Below are positions 37,700 to 52,095 of a stretch of 64,000 nucleotides of DNA, piece by piece (the stretch's first letter is position 1; the number at the start of each line of letters is the position of its first letter). The notes under the pieces were generated by a model. It was given only the letters and a program-made list of their open reading frames with translations, had not been told where the DNA came from and made no database searches. The position numbers were made by a program, and so were the translations under genes. This stretch comes from Azolla caroliniana (taxonomy: Eukaryota > Plantae > Polypodiophyta): contig JBHGNT010000001.1 in assembly GCA_043228905.1 (NCBI GenBank), positions 27,590,001 to 27,654,000 on the forward strand, read 5' to 3'.

Positions 37700-39200
37700 C
37701 ACACCCCTTCAAGCTCACCCCGCTCACCCCTCTACGAATCGCCTCAAATATGATGGCATGTGGCATTCTTCCTTCATTTTATCAATTGCATCCACCTTCT
37801 CCATCCATGGCGTACTGCTCTAAAGCTCACGTGTGCTTAGCTTATGAGGATATTTAATTGTTTGAATGTTAACTTCTCATGCAGTAAAGTTAGGTTTGCC
37901 CCTTCAAACATCTTGAATATCTTCTTACAATTATCTACATGATCCAATACGAACTTTTAACATCCAAATCAATCTTAGGTCTTGTCCTTATTTGATTCCA
38001 AACAACCTTTCATGGGAATGTTTTCTAAGAACAACATAGTGATGTTTAGAATGTTGTCCTTTAATACGTAACTCATTTCATTCATTTGAGTGATAGACTT
38101 TTTTGTTCACTGTGGTAAATTGCACATTTACAATAGCTCAATTGGTTTCTTTCATTTGGGGGATAACACAACTATCTCAATTATGAATCACCAATTGGAG
38201 AAATCGCCCGACCAACAAATAATTTGCAAACACGTGGATGATCAACCCCATCCCTTTGGAAATCTTGGATGTAGTGTAACAACCTATTCTTCTTCGATGC
38301 CTTGAATTATTGGTAGGAGTAGGGTGCATTTGATAGCTCAAGGATTCACATAGTGACCTTCTCCTTCATTAGATCAATTATCTTTGGAAAAAAATGGAAT
38401 AGGCTTTAGGTTCAACCGGGTACATATGAAACTGTACAAATAAACTAATGCATGAAAACGCAAATTCCTTCCCTTGACGATCCAACATCTTTCACAACTA
38501 AGTTTCTTCTAGAGATCACATAAAGTCACCCCACCAATTTGAAGCTTTTGTAGAATGTTGTTTGTAGAGCCATTGCTGAAAAATTTGGAATCCATAGTGT
38601 TGGTTCAGATGAAACTTTGGCTCTCGCCAACTATCTTTTGGTAGAGGGATTGGCCAAGGCATAACCTTTTGGTTGAGGATCTTGTATTTTATATTGATAA
38701 GATACCTTCATGTTCTTGGAGATTTAGGAGAACCTCATGCTCACCAAAAGCTAAGAACATTGATACAATATAGAATAGAGAAATGTGACTTCTATCCTTG
38801 CCAATGTGGTCTCTACTAAAGGCATCACAATGGGCTAGAGAAAGGTTGCTATGTTAACAGACTTGGAAGGTTCCATCTTGTATCAATGATTTCCAATCCT
38901 TCTTAAGTTTCACAACCTCCTATAAATGGTTTGTTTAAAAACATTTGACTACTTGGGAAGGCCTTGTCTACCCTCTGCCACAACAATTCACCTCTTTTGT
39001 TAAAATTTTGAATCCAACCTTACATTTGCTATTTTCAAAAGACTTTTCCTAACCTCCTCCATTGATTGGGTTTTCCCAATCCCTTTGGAATGTCCATAGG
39101 ATTGTCCTATACCATCTAGATGATGATGGTTTCCTACACCCACTTTGCATTCTTCTCTAGAAATTCCCTTGGCGACTATGATGTTGAGTTGCTTCAACCT
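37700..39200 (-). mobile_element. Decayed LINE reverse-transcriptase remnant
   Basis: Minus-strand motif remnants in the expected order: LDGI (cf. PGPDGI), SLLKIANVRL (cf. KIIAK.LANRL) and QGYALA (cf. QGCPLA). Heavily disrupted. Confidence 0.35.
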
Positions 39201-40413
39201 CTAAGAGGAATGATGGGGTTCTGATTTCCTCATATAATGAGAAAAAATAGAAACAATGAATGGGACCAAGAGGAATGGTTTTTGATGTGATGGATTGGTC
39301 TCCACAAAATCCATTGACTGCCTATATTGGTAGTGTGACAAGCATACAACAATTTAATGGTAATGGCAGTGTGAATGGCGATGAGAAATTTTATGAGACT
39401 GCACACAATTTGGGGGAGGCAAATAGAATTTACTTACAACTTTCCATTAGTGAAAATAAAAATTTGCAAACATATATAATGCATTGTTATAGTTAGATAT
39501 TTGAATACTCTTGATCCCCAGATATTGGTCATGAGTTTAATTCTCCCCCGCATCACAAAACATCTTTTGCAACTTCATGTATCATTAACAAACATGGTAT
39601 AAACGTCCTTATATAGGAACCTAGACTTGACATGATCATATTTCAATCATGCAATGACAAAGTCTAGAGTTAAGAAAGTAAAACAAATTTGGAGGCTTGG
39701 TTTTCATTTCATATGTGATGATGAAATTGCGTGAAGTGTCATGTCCTCATCCTCTATAGTTAAGTTTGAGAATCTAAAAATTTGAGCATGAAAAAATTCA
39801 TAGGCTAGCTGTACAAGGTGAAGAAAATCATGGTGAAGATCCTTAATACACATTATGGAGGTTCTCTCAATAATCACTAATCATTCAAATATTCTGATGG
39901 GATTCTGTTGGGCGTCTTCTTGTTATTGAGCTCGACAAAAATATTAAGCCTTCACTATTTCTAGTTATGGTTGTAATTTTTTTTATGACACTTCTATATT
40001 TCCTTAGTGATATAAATTTCTATTCTCTGTGATTGTGTGATGCAAGCAGCTCTAAATGGTGAATTACTCATTACATGTCCAAATGGTGCATGCTAGGCTA
40101 TGACAATGTCCATCACCTTTCCCTAGTTTTCATTAATGAAAACTCATGGACATCAAAGGCGACGAAAATCCTTGGCTTTCAAACATTTTATATTGATATC
40201 ATAAACAAACAACTTGGTTTTCTTTTATTGTTCTTAATGGTCTTTATTTTTCCCTCTAATCATAATATGGTTTTTTTTTTCAACTACCCAATTTAATACT
40301 TGGCAAGGCTTGTGATTGTTTCAACATGAATGAATCTTCAAATTTACTTTATTTACTTATTTTTCTACCACCATAAACCCATAATGTTTGAAGTTGCGAA
40401 AACACATTTGCCG

Positions 40414-42891
40414 TCAGCCATGCTTCTTGCTTTTGCAAATATGGCTATTGGAAGTCCACTTTTCCCCACATTTGTAGCAAAACTCATTTCCACACCTATA
40501 AAAATTTAAAGGAAATTAGAAACATTGATGAAACCAAAACAAAATTTGTACTTAAAGACATCGTAAGTTATAGATATAGGATCATGAATTCAACGTCATT
40601 GTAAAGCATCACCTTGAACATACATTCATTAGACATTGTGATTACAAAGAAAATCTAATAAATGTGCCATTGCAATTTGCAACAAGCAACCCTTTTTTAC
40701 ACTAATGGTTCGATGCTTCTCTTCCAAAAGCGGCACTTGGGAACCAAAAAGGCAAGCTAAAGCTCCTCTTTTGGAAGTAAGGGGGTAACGAAGCATTGAA
40801 AATATGGATCAATACTGGGAGTTTAGTTTTTAATTGATGTCTTTGACACATGTGCTTATCTTACACAACATGTTCAAAGCAATATATATATATATAACAT
40901 CACACAATATGGTGTTTCCTTGAGAGATCTTAAACGCCATCGCTCTACATTCCAACTTTATTGTTAGTATATAATTTAGAGCTTAGTAAATTTCCACATA
41001 TAAAGTTGGCTTATAGGGCAAGGGTGTTGTGGGGCCTTTTCCTAGAAAACCCTAGTAAGTTTCCCGGTTAAGTAGGGAATAATGGACTACTACATGGTTA
41101 AGTAGGGAATAATGAACTACTACATTGAATTTCTATTGCAATCAAGCATTGACTTTTTGAATGTAGGCTTCACCTATACCATGGAACAAGATTTAGATGT
41201 CATCAAATCAGAAAATCAATGTCATTCTCAAAATATTACACAATGGCCAACACCCCTTGCACCTTACATCACTATTCTATGAGGCTATCTAGATCAACAA
41301 TAGGCTTTAGCTACAAAATTCAGATTACTTTAGTCATGGAAAAGTGTATCGTTGAGACAATACTATGTTGTGAAGAGAATTTAAAGAGAAACATAAAGAA
41401 TGATGGAACCACAATTTTCAAATGGATCACTCCTTCAACTGTATACGAAATGTTTAATGAAAGCATGCATGGGTTTGTGTGTATACACGATATGAAGTGA
41501 ACCACTTGCAAGACACTTTACATGGAGAGTTCCTAGACTTGATTCATGTGGTTACTATCACTACCCCTACTTGATTATTCTTATGAATTGGACTTTTTTA
41601 CAATTGTGTTGGATCAAGTGATTTCAAATCTTAGAACATCTGGTGATGGTTGAATTCTGTATTCCGGTACTAACTTTTGCGCCAGCATAGAATTTGTGTG
41701 CCTACAAATCTGACCCATTGTGTACTAAATGTGCTTTTGGTCCTAATATGTGAACTCTTATCAATAGTTCATGAAAATCTTCGACATCACCTTCTTCAAG
41801 TTTCTTTTATTATAGCGCGGTGTATAGGTTCCTACAATGGATATGAGTTCTTTTCCCACAAGTGGTACTAGCAATTTGCTAGTGCAGGATTGATAGTTAA
41901 AGACAAAAGGAATGTCCATCCAAGGACTGTCCCATTGAGCTCAAGGTCATTGCTAAACATGGGGTAGAGACAAATGGGAACTCAAGATAAAACAAAAAGC
42001 AAGGCTTTTTATAAACAAATCAATGACACGGTAATATAGTGCAAATATATGTGTATACCTGCACGTGATATGCATGCATCCCTGGTTGAGTTCAATGACG
42101 TGTTTGCAATTGGAGCAACTTCTCCATTTCTTCTCTTTAGCGAGGGAATGGAGGAGCAAATCCTCACGAATGCTAGAATTAGGGTTAGGGTTAGGGTTAG
42201 GGTTAGGGTGGTGGTGGGTGAGGTTAGTTTGGAAGTGAAGGCACGTGAGGTTGGCATGCCAGGGCACCATGCAAGCCAAGCAAAAGAGACGGTGACAATA
42301 TGGGCACTCCACATCCACAACACTATCTTTCTTCTTCTTCTTCTTCTTCACTTCCTTCTTCTTCTTGTATGAATGTATGGACAAGTCTGAATCCACCTTC
42401 TCTTCCTCTGCCTCATCCTCCTTCATGAGGAGAGCAGAGCAATCCGGAAAGGGGCAATACACCCTTTGGCCTTGTGGGATTTGATCCTCTGCAAGCACCC
42501 TCTCCCATGCTTCTTGTATCTGCGCCGGTAGAATCCGGCGGTAAACATGGTGCTCAAGGTCTTGTCCGCAGCCCGGCACCACACAGAGAATACGCCCACC
42601 TCGCACCTTCTCCTCCACCTTGGTCTTTATGTAGGTCGTGAGGCAAGGTATGCACATTCCATGGGAGCATGGTAACCTTAATAACTCGTCGTCGGCCCCA
42701 TCGTTTGATTCCATGCAAATGGTGCAGAGCAAAGACGGATGCTCAATCATGGGTTGATTCGGTATGTACTGAGACATGGACGATGATGCATAGAGAGCTT
42801 CTTGTAACTGTATTTGATAGGCTTGATCTTCATCAGAGATGGTTGCTCCTACTCCAGAGATGGCTTCTACAAGCTTGTCTGTTTCATCCAT
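40414..42891 (-). CDS. RBR-type (RING1-IBR-RING2) E3 ubiquitin ligase, RSL1/RNF144-like, 304 aa
   Basis: Exons 42891-42059 and 40495-40414 (915 nt, phase-2 GT-AG intron). N-terminal AYQIQLQEALYAS; RING1 CTIC...CSHGMCIPC...CVVPGC; IBR YCPFPDC...CPYCHRLFCLACMVPWH; RING2 CSNCKHVIELNQGCMHITCR|CGNEFCYKCG with the catalytic Cys in GCMH. Confidence 0.93.
41066..41125. repeat. 30-bp tandem duplication in the RBR intron
   Basis: GGTTAAGTAGGGAATAATG(G/A)ACTACTACAT occurs twice. Confidence 0.9.
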
Positions 42892-43036
42892 GATGATGAT
42901 GAGGATGATGATATCTTCCTTTTATTGATTTGTGACTCTTCATATGGTAACTCTAGAGATGGCTTCTACAAGCTTTTCTGATTCATCCATGATGATGATG
43001 ATGATATCTTCCTTTTATTGATTTGTGACTCTTCAT
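42851..43036. repeat. About 99-bp tandem duplication spanning the RBR start codon and 5' leader
   Basis: AGAGATGGCTTCTACAAGCTT...CATCCATGATGAT...ATATCTTCCTTTTATTGATTTGTGACTCTTCAT occurs twice (about 42851-42943 and 42950-43036). Confidence 0.92.
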
Positions 43037-43198
43037 TTTACCATTCTCTTCCTCTTCTTCCTCTTCTTCTTTGGGTAGTAAGTAGTACTTTCTATTTACT
43101 ATTCTCAAATATTAAGATCACATAAGAGAGATGCCCTTTTTGTATATCTCTTTATTTTCCCCATGTCCCTCTATCTTCTTTACCACTAGATTTTGAAA

Positions 43199-43236
<38 letters not shown>

Positions 43237-44344
43237 TGACCCTTTTGGTAGGTCATATAGTTTTTTAGTAGTAGGCGTGTGTAGGTGTTATTCTCCTCTA
43301 AGGAGTTAAGAGGGAGGCATGCCCACTTTCTGGAGCAAGGATGCCAATTCTATATTTCTATTATTAGCCAGCAAACACCTATTTCAATGAAATATCAATC
43401 ATGTAGTTGGGTAAGGAACACAAAATCCACTATTGTAACATAACAGAAGACACCGACATAGTTGAACTATTGTGAGCACTCGTAGGCTCTACCACTTAAC
43501 AAAAAATGAGCCCTAGATAGAAACTATGGTTGTCTCCCATATGACAATTCTACATGTGTAGAAGATGGTCAATGTATAGCTCCCTGAGTGTGAAACAAAT
43601 TAACAAATGAGTATATATTGGAGAAAGAGTCACAACTTGCTTGTCTAATACAGTTTTTTGGGGGAATTTGAAGAAACCTCTTTTTCTGTTCTTTTTTCCT
43701 TGGCCAATGTCTATTATCATTGGCTGTCATTTGTTAATATTGTCTTAGAAAAGGGTGCATTTTGTAATACCTTATGCGTGGAGATTGCTTTACCAAGTCA
43801 CGCATTATTGATTTCCCTCATCACTTGTCAATAGTTATTATTTACACTCGTGGATCCTTTGGCTTATTTCCAAACAATAGAGTTTGGAGATACTTAAGAA
43901 TGTAGTCTCTACAAGATGTCTTTTCACATTTATTTTTTAGGATTCTTTGTATCCACTGCAAGTTTTGGTGGATTCACCTAAATCTAGATTTAAACAATGG
44001 CTACCGCTCAAATATACTTTACCCCCCACACAATGAATGGAGCTTGATCCAATAACTAGGATACACTCTTCAATCTCACCCAAATGATTATCTAGTTTAT
44101 GAAGAAACAAGACGGTTAATGTTAGAAATAGATGTTCATTTTAGACATAAAAGTCAATGCTTTCATGATTGGAATTAATAATATCCTAAAAGTTGAGATT
44201 TGGACTTTGAGAGCAACAAGTAGAATGTAGCCCAACAAAGTAATCTAGTTTCATGAGATATATTCACTTTCAAACAATGGAATAGTTACTTGTTTGGTGC
44301 ATGTTTACAGTTTTGTTGTACCATGAAAACAAAACCTCCTCATT

Positions 44345-44535
44345 GTAAAGGTAACCTCAAGATCCAGACTGTGCCATTGACTAACATCATGAGATAATTG
44401 AGAAATTATCGTAAAGATAATTATACTATTCAAGATCTAGACTGCATCACTGACTAATATCATGAGCCATTTTAGTAATAATTTATGGGCATTGCCGTAA
44501 AGGTAATTATACTATTCAATATCCACACTGCATCA
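44345..44535. repeat. Degenerate three-copy tandem repeat downstream of AP2A
   Basis: GTAAAG.TAATTATACTATTCAA.ATC.A.ACTG motifs recur about 70-90 bp apart. Confidence 0.7.
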
Positions 44536-45394
44536 TGAACCGTTTTTTAATGGATAGGCACATTACGTCAGAATGATTTTACATATAATAAGACAAATTA
44601 GCAAATCACTCAAAAGTGACCAGATCCCAGTTGCACTTGCATATAACATTACATTAGTAACGCAATCTGGAAATATGATTCATCACTATCCATTAGGTTG
44701 GGTAATTTAGTGAGTGACTAAAAGATTACCAAATCCCACTTGCGTTCACAATAGGAAGAGTAGTCCCAGCTGACATACTATTAATTCATTGCAAAATGGT
44801 AAAGTGAAAAATGATTGATCATGATCCAATTAATTGGGTTCACATTGGTGGCACAAATGTACAAATGGTACTAACACTTGCAGAAAAAACATAGGGATAG
44901 CTTGCTGCCAATGGTAAAATGCGAGACAAGGCACAAACAAGATTATGAACCCACCCACTATGTACAACTCTTTTAGTACTTTTTACATGCAGAAAAACTT
45001 TTCCTACGTATTTCATAAATTAGTAACATCACCAGAAGCGGAAAGAGGGGAAGTAACTGCATCCAAAGAAATAGTTTCTAAAGCTGTCATAAAAAATCAC
45101 AAACTAAGGCTCTATGCACTCATGGGTGAGCATTAAAAAATGCAGAGCTAAAAGCTCAGGAGGGGCGTTCAACCCCTTATTATACATTGAGTGGGAAATC
45201 ACTGAAAACCACACTACTGAATTTCCCATACTCCATGGTGAATTTCCACCCAAATCGTTACAAAGCACACAGTAGATATAGAAATGGCATTCCAGCAATG
45301 CACCCACTGGACTAGAACTCAATCCCTCATGATTGGGAAACCATGGAAATGATAGCAAAAGCATATATACGAAATAGTAGAAAAACTGGGTTTC

Positions 45395-48300
45395 TCAAAA
45401 GAGGCTCATGAGTGCGGCAGCAGGACCAGTTAGACTAGATGGCGCAGCTGCAGCTGCTAATACTGGTTGATGAGATGGCAGCACATCATCGATAAGTTGC
45501 TCTTTGATATATTCCTTCAACCTGCAAATGCACCAGACACATCATGAATCAAGTATGGATCGAGCACAGGCAGTGATGCCAATGGTATATGTGAATTAAT
45601 ATACGGTCACTTGGACTTCAGATCTTACTCTAATGACAAAGTTGCATCAGGAGAAGCGACCGTTAATCGCAGTTGTGTGCGATCTGATGGATCCGTTTCA
45701 ATTCTTACCTGAAACAACCACATAAAGGGTGAGATGAGCCAAACAAAGCAGTCAGCACCATTTTGTTGGAAATTTTTAGTTAGGATCACAACCAGACAAA
45801 GTGTTTGTTGTTGCTCAGAGAAAAACGCTGCCCCTGCTACTATGTTATTTGGATTTGGATCCTGTCACATGAAAAATACACACGAAATGAATTTAAGAAA
45901 GATCCTAGAAAGATTATACTTGAGCTAAGCTTCCTCATAATGAAAATCCCAGAAAAAGTTAAGAGTACTAACCAGACCAGGTGCAACTGCAATATGAAGT
46001 CCGTTCAATAATCCACCCATTTCAGGAATGGTTAATGGTTTGACACCCCGAACCTGTTCAAAAATACCAATGATTCAATACTAGAACATTTGTGTAACCA
46101 TTCGCATGGAAAAGCAACGGATAGTTAATTATACAAACCACTTCTTGAAGCTTTAGAGGTGGACCAGATAAAACTCTCCACTGATTTAGAAAATCAGGTG
46201 GTGAGATAGGTGCAGCTTGGAGGAACTTGCTTAACACAACTGGAAGTCGTAATTTCACATTAACCTAAAATTTATCAGAGATGTAAGATTAATTAACAGA
46301 CAACTTGTATGAACTTCTATCAATTGTATTACATATTCATACAGGCATATTTGTGTAGCTGTACGAGAAATCAAGAACAGCTGTATCTCTGCTTGCTTGG
46401 AGATTCAATACTTCAAGTGGGCATTGAACCTGGGAAGCATTCCACATTACATACAGATCAGATACTAACACGGATATTACAAACCAATCTTAAAATAAAT
46501 AGGGAATACTCGCATTTTTGACCTGTGCTCTGGGAGGTATTGTGTCTGGAACTGGTGACAGCTGCATTCTCAAATGAGCTGGGGGTAGTATGACAGCTCG
46601 AACATGGCTCAATGCTCCTACATGCTTATTTCCCAAAAACAGAATAACTCGCCCTTGATGACCTCGCCACTCTCCCTTAAACCCTATCTGCAAAGAAAGT
46701 GCACAGTTTTGAATAAAAGACAGCAGAGAATAGATAGTATACAGCACATAATGGAAGAAGAGTTTGGAAACTACATTTAAAACTATATCATATGCAGGCA
46801 GACAGAAAGAAATTCAGGAAAAGATGAGTTCTAGAATAGGACCTACCTGGATGTTTGGATCTTCATATAGAACTCCACTATCCTTAAAACAGAGTGCATT
46901 AAACCAGTCCTTTATACTTCCAATCGGCTGCAAGTTAACACACAAAAGCACAACTCAGATGAAATTTTCACCATAAGAAAATCATTCACTAATAATGAGT
47001 TTCCGCCATGCTGGAGAAAAGTTCAAGTTAATGATTACAATATTAAACATTATCTGCACTTCTATTAAAGAAACAGTGAAGCCTATTGAAAACATTTTAC
47101 CTGAATTGATGGTGCAGTTTCTAGCAATGCTAGAGCTGAGGATTCTCCCAATCCATTAACTAAGGGTATTTCCATAGACAATGGGGAAGCAGTTGGAACA
47201 GGAGCTGCTTCAATCGCCAATGGTGCTAAAAGGTCTCCCAAGAGATCAGCAGTGGGAGGTGCCACATGTTGAGGAGCAGGAAGAGATGATGACGACGACA
47301 ATGTTGTTGTCACTGTCAATGCTAGTTCACCATTCTATATGCACGAGAAGGCACATATAATTAGATCAATAAACTCACTGATCTATTACTTGATTTTGTA
47401 AATGAGGTGAAAAAAGCATGGAGTATGGTTTTCTAGCTACACACAATCTCAGGTGGTACAGAAGTGGTCCGTGTAAGGACCCCAGGAAGTGAAGTGCCAT
47501 TGGACGATGGCTGGTTAACTAGGACCATTGCATTTGAAGTTTGTTGCTGCACACGCAATCTCGTAGCACTTAACTCCGCAGCATCAGCTTCAGCATCTTC
47601 TGTCTTCTTCAATAGTGCTGACTGTAATCCACATAAGAAGGATTAAAATGGAGATTGACACACCCAGGCTCCAGATCATGAAATATTTGCTGCACATTTG
47701 TGAATTCCAACCTGGCGTTCAGGGAATTTGGGCATTTCAGCCATTATATCAACCATGCTTGGTCCTTTCTGGCTTAATGCAAAATATTCTACAGCTCGTT
47801 GTTGTACCTCAGCATCAATGTTGCCCTCAAATCTGTAGTATATAAGCAGTAAGTGTTCAGGATTCGGATGTCACTTAATACACTGCTTTATTAATTGCTT
47901 ACTTTCTAAAGACCCGCCAAATATGCTCCTGCAGATCCGGATCAGTAGGCTGTGTATGTGTTAGTATTTTGATATATGCGGAAAGAAGTAAAGCCTTGGT
48001 AGCAGTCCTAAACACATCAAAAGACCAGTTGTGAGAATGTGGCACCCAATTTTCATCATATACAAGAAACATTCGCACATATATACAGGTATGACTATTT
48101 CATGTCTTTTAGAATCAATCTAGACGGAATAAACATGATATAATATTCTAGTATAAACGATAGACATATGTTTCCATTGACTTAGAAGATATTAAAAAAT
48201 AACCTCCAGCAATTAAGTATGTTTTCTGGCATCAACATGGGGCATAAAAGAACTCATATTTTAGTATGAAAGATAAAACATATTTTCCCAGGGCCTCACG

Positions 48301-51300
48301 ACATAGTAAGATATAGAGTGAATTTAGAGGAACATGTGGCGATAACATCATGTGCAAACTCAGTTGAGTTAATTATTTGTATTGAAATATTAAGGACTTG
48401 AGATTGCCAAATACAAGTGAAGACTTTTCACCCTTTCATAATCAAATATTAACACACAGTTGCGAAATGTGTTTACTGAAATACCCAGGTAAGTTAAAAA
48501 AATAAGTTTTTAAATAATCAGCTATTTGCAAACTTTGATGCTTACGAAACAGTTGGAAACTTTTCTTGAATAATTAAAAATATTTCTTTTGGACTGCATC
48601 CAGGTGTTCTGGCCAAGAGGTGGCTATATTCACCAAGCAAGTAACCACCAACCTGCATATAATGAAAACAGGAATTCTGAATGTACAGCACCTAGCATCA
48701 TTCTTAACCATACCACATCCTGGAACATTAATTGCATCAATGCAGAAACAGCTTACCTTCACCATGGTTTCATGAACTGCTGTTTTACTCAAATAATCCC
48801 GAGCTTTCATTGCGGCATATGCCTATACATGTCAATAACCAAATAACTTATGAATTGGATATTTGCATCAAATTTCTATGAATGCCATCCCACAATGTTT
48901 CACAAACAGTATTATAAGAAGTTTACCTGAAGATCATCATTATTGGTCACAAACTGCACAACTCTGTACCATACATCATCGCTAATGAAGTCTCCTGCTT
49001 TATCTATAAGTTGGAGGATGACATCTACGTACCTTCAAATTAGTGCAATGCCAAAAGACATGTCAAAAAGCAAGGAAAATATAGCTCAGAATACACCTAT
49101 CAGGTTGCTTAAGGTACATGTTCTACCAATTCAGAATAGACATGAAGATACATATGTTTAATACCACAAAAGATCTGGTGCAAATTTCTCAGCAAGTATT
49201 GCTGCTTTCAAAGCAAGCTCCTCCCGTATTCCGAAGTCAGCAGTTGTAAGGTACTACAAAATCATATGCAAATAAACATGAGCATAAACAATATAAACCC
49301 ATAAAAATTTCATGGTGGACATTATATCAACAAAACATAGAAATACAAAAATCACATTTTGAATATTCTTCAGAGTTCAACATACCTGCAGAAGTTCCTC
49401 CACAATATCTTTGGCATTGGAGACATCGCACATTCCATATAGTAAGTCCAAAGCTCTCCTCCGAATACTGTTAGCAATGTCAATAAATGGACGGTTTATT
49501 TCAAAGTAAAAAGTCAGATATAAGGCAGATAAATACAGATATTGGTGTCCTTCCTAGAAACAGCTCATAGCATTTGATTATTCATTAAGTCCAATCGTTG
49601 AGCTTAAGGAAGCTATATTTATAATTCATTAAGTGTAACATAATAAAGATAAATTTACATCCAATAAGAACATGAAATAGGAAGAATATATCTGTAGACA
49701 GTCATTTCGTGCATAAAATAAATGGATCCCTCCTCAAATCATTATTATCAAATAACTCTGTTTTATTTTTTATTGGATGATTTGACAGTACATGAGTTCC
49801 CTCATCCTAAGAAATAATTCAATTTAAATAATTTAGTGAGTTGTAGGCCGAAAAATGGATTGCAAATTTCACACCACCTTTACTGCAGGATATTACTTTG
49901 CACTATTTCAAACTTTTCTATGGATTTCACCTATTTCTCTCTACGACATTTTATGCGGAATTCAAGCACACAACATCATATCCATTATCTACCTGATATC
50001 AGGATCTTTCAATGATGTTATAATCTGTGTTTGGTGCCGTTTGATACTTTCCTGAACATCTGTCACTAGCAACATTCTAGTCATGTTTTCCTGTAGTAAA
50101 TAATACCTTGTAAATCCATTGGCCAGTTATTTGATAATACCTTATAAATTCATTAGGCAAATATTCATAAAAATTTTACTTACAAGACCAAGGTAACGAA
50201 TATTGGGCTCACGAACAGCTATGAACTTTCCAAGAATAGCAACACATTGTGACATCATCTCCTTGTCCGCATCCAAATGCATTACCTTGAAAATAATAAC
50301 AGGGCTTACAAATACTAATCCAGACAGGCATGCCATGAATAACCAAAAACATCATTAAAGATTTTACCAGTGCCAATGCCTCAAAAAGCACTGCATGAGC
50401 AGCATTGTTCTTGTTCACATTTTTCACGACATCAGTTCCCATAAGTATGCGATGAAGGACCTTCATATTGCATAAAAAACAATGAATAAACAGAATATAT
50501 GAAAGAAATAAGTGGAAATGTATGGTAACTAGTTGTTAAACAAACCTCAAACAATGATCGCCTAGTATTTGGGTCTTCAATAGTGGGAAAGTACTGAAGT
50601 GCTCTCATTGTCTTAACCTGACCAGAGAACAATCAAGTTTTAGTAACTGATGTGTTTAGAAATTATACATCCTCATTTATAAAAACTATTATCACAAAGA
50701 AAGTATGGCTAACCTGTAGCCAAGGAGATGGGATACCATAGTAAGTATAGTCAGGTGGAATATCCTGAACTCTTGTAAGGCGCTCCAAAACTTTCACACA
50801 TTTTGGGACACAGTTCCAATAACTCTCAGGATTATTTGCCACCAAAGCAACAAGAAGGCTCATCACAGCAGTTAAGACTCCTAATTCACGCTCATCAAGC
50901 AGTTGAGCCATCCGATCTGACCTGTTCAAAAAAGCAACCTTCATGTCACAAACAACAGGTACAAAAGCAAATGTGACAGAGACGAGCCCGGGTAAAACTT
51001 TCTTTGTTATTTACCATCCATCAACATTCACAACATCAGGGTTTTTCCTGAATAGACGAAGCAAACAGAGAGCTGCTTTTTTCCTCACAAGTGGTCTGCA
51101 TGAATTAGATAGCTGAAAAACAGAATGCAAGACTCTTAAAATGTATTACATGTGTGAAGCTAGAAAGAGTGGGATATAACAGCATACCAGCAATTTTTGA
51201 ACATCTGGTGCCAGAGATTCAGAGAAATCTTTACCACCAATATTCCCAACCTGAATTAATACAACAGAAAAGTTAATGAAAACAAATAGGATCATAAGTT

Positions 51301-52051
51301 GACATGAAAAACAAATATGGTCCAATTGGCCTTTGTCTAATAACATACGAAGATGATGAATGTTATTTTGCAATTTGTCCATAAAGATTTATTCCTAGTT
51401 CTACGTCAACATTCTCTTGACATAAAAAATGTCTTGATTATCGATCTGACTTTGTTACCATTATTACTGCATTATAATCTATCCGAGCTTGAGAAAGTCA
51501 GGGGTATAAGGGGAGATTATCCAAACTACAAAAAGATTCACTTACCATTGTCAATGCTAGACATTGGTTGGTCTCATTGCGCCCAATAATATCATTTCTG
51601 ACTGTGTTGATGGCAAGCCTCAGAAAATCATGATTCTCATTCAAAAGACATGAGGTTACTATATAACCTACCTGCATACATGGCATCCTTTTTCAGCATG
51701 CAAGATACATGTACATAATTTAGAAATTGAAAATTAGAAGCCAATCTAGGATGATAACCATGTTTTGATAACACTATACCATAGTGCTCACCTAACTAAG
51801 TTTATAATAATCAGACAAATTCAGAGTGAACAACAATAAAAAAACGTTTAAAACTAAGCTATGATCATTTCATGAAAATGTTTAAAATCCTTCTTTTCTG
51901 CAGTACATTTATGTAAAATGATTGACCCACCACATCACAAATACATTATGCAAAATAGTCTCTTGATCTATTTGGTTGGAAGATTGCCAGTAGAAGACAT
52001 TACATATAGCAGATTTTGTTCCCAATGGTTTGGCATTAAAGACTTATATTC

Positions 52052-52095
<44 letters not shown>

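Noticed and set aside
41590-41710. Alternative RBR terminal exon after TTGTAG near 41702
   Set aside because: It would lack the RING2 zinc ligands and there is no support without transcript data.
41953-42058. C-terminus of the single-exon 312-aa ORF call for the RBR gene
   Set aside because: This is intron read-through. RING2 is completed by the exon at 40495-40414 (CGNEFCYKCG).
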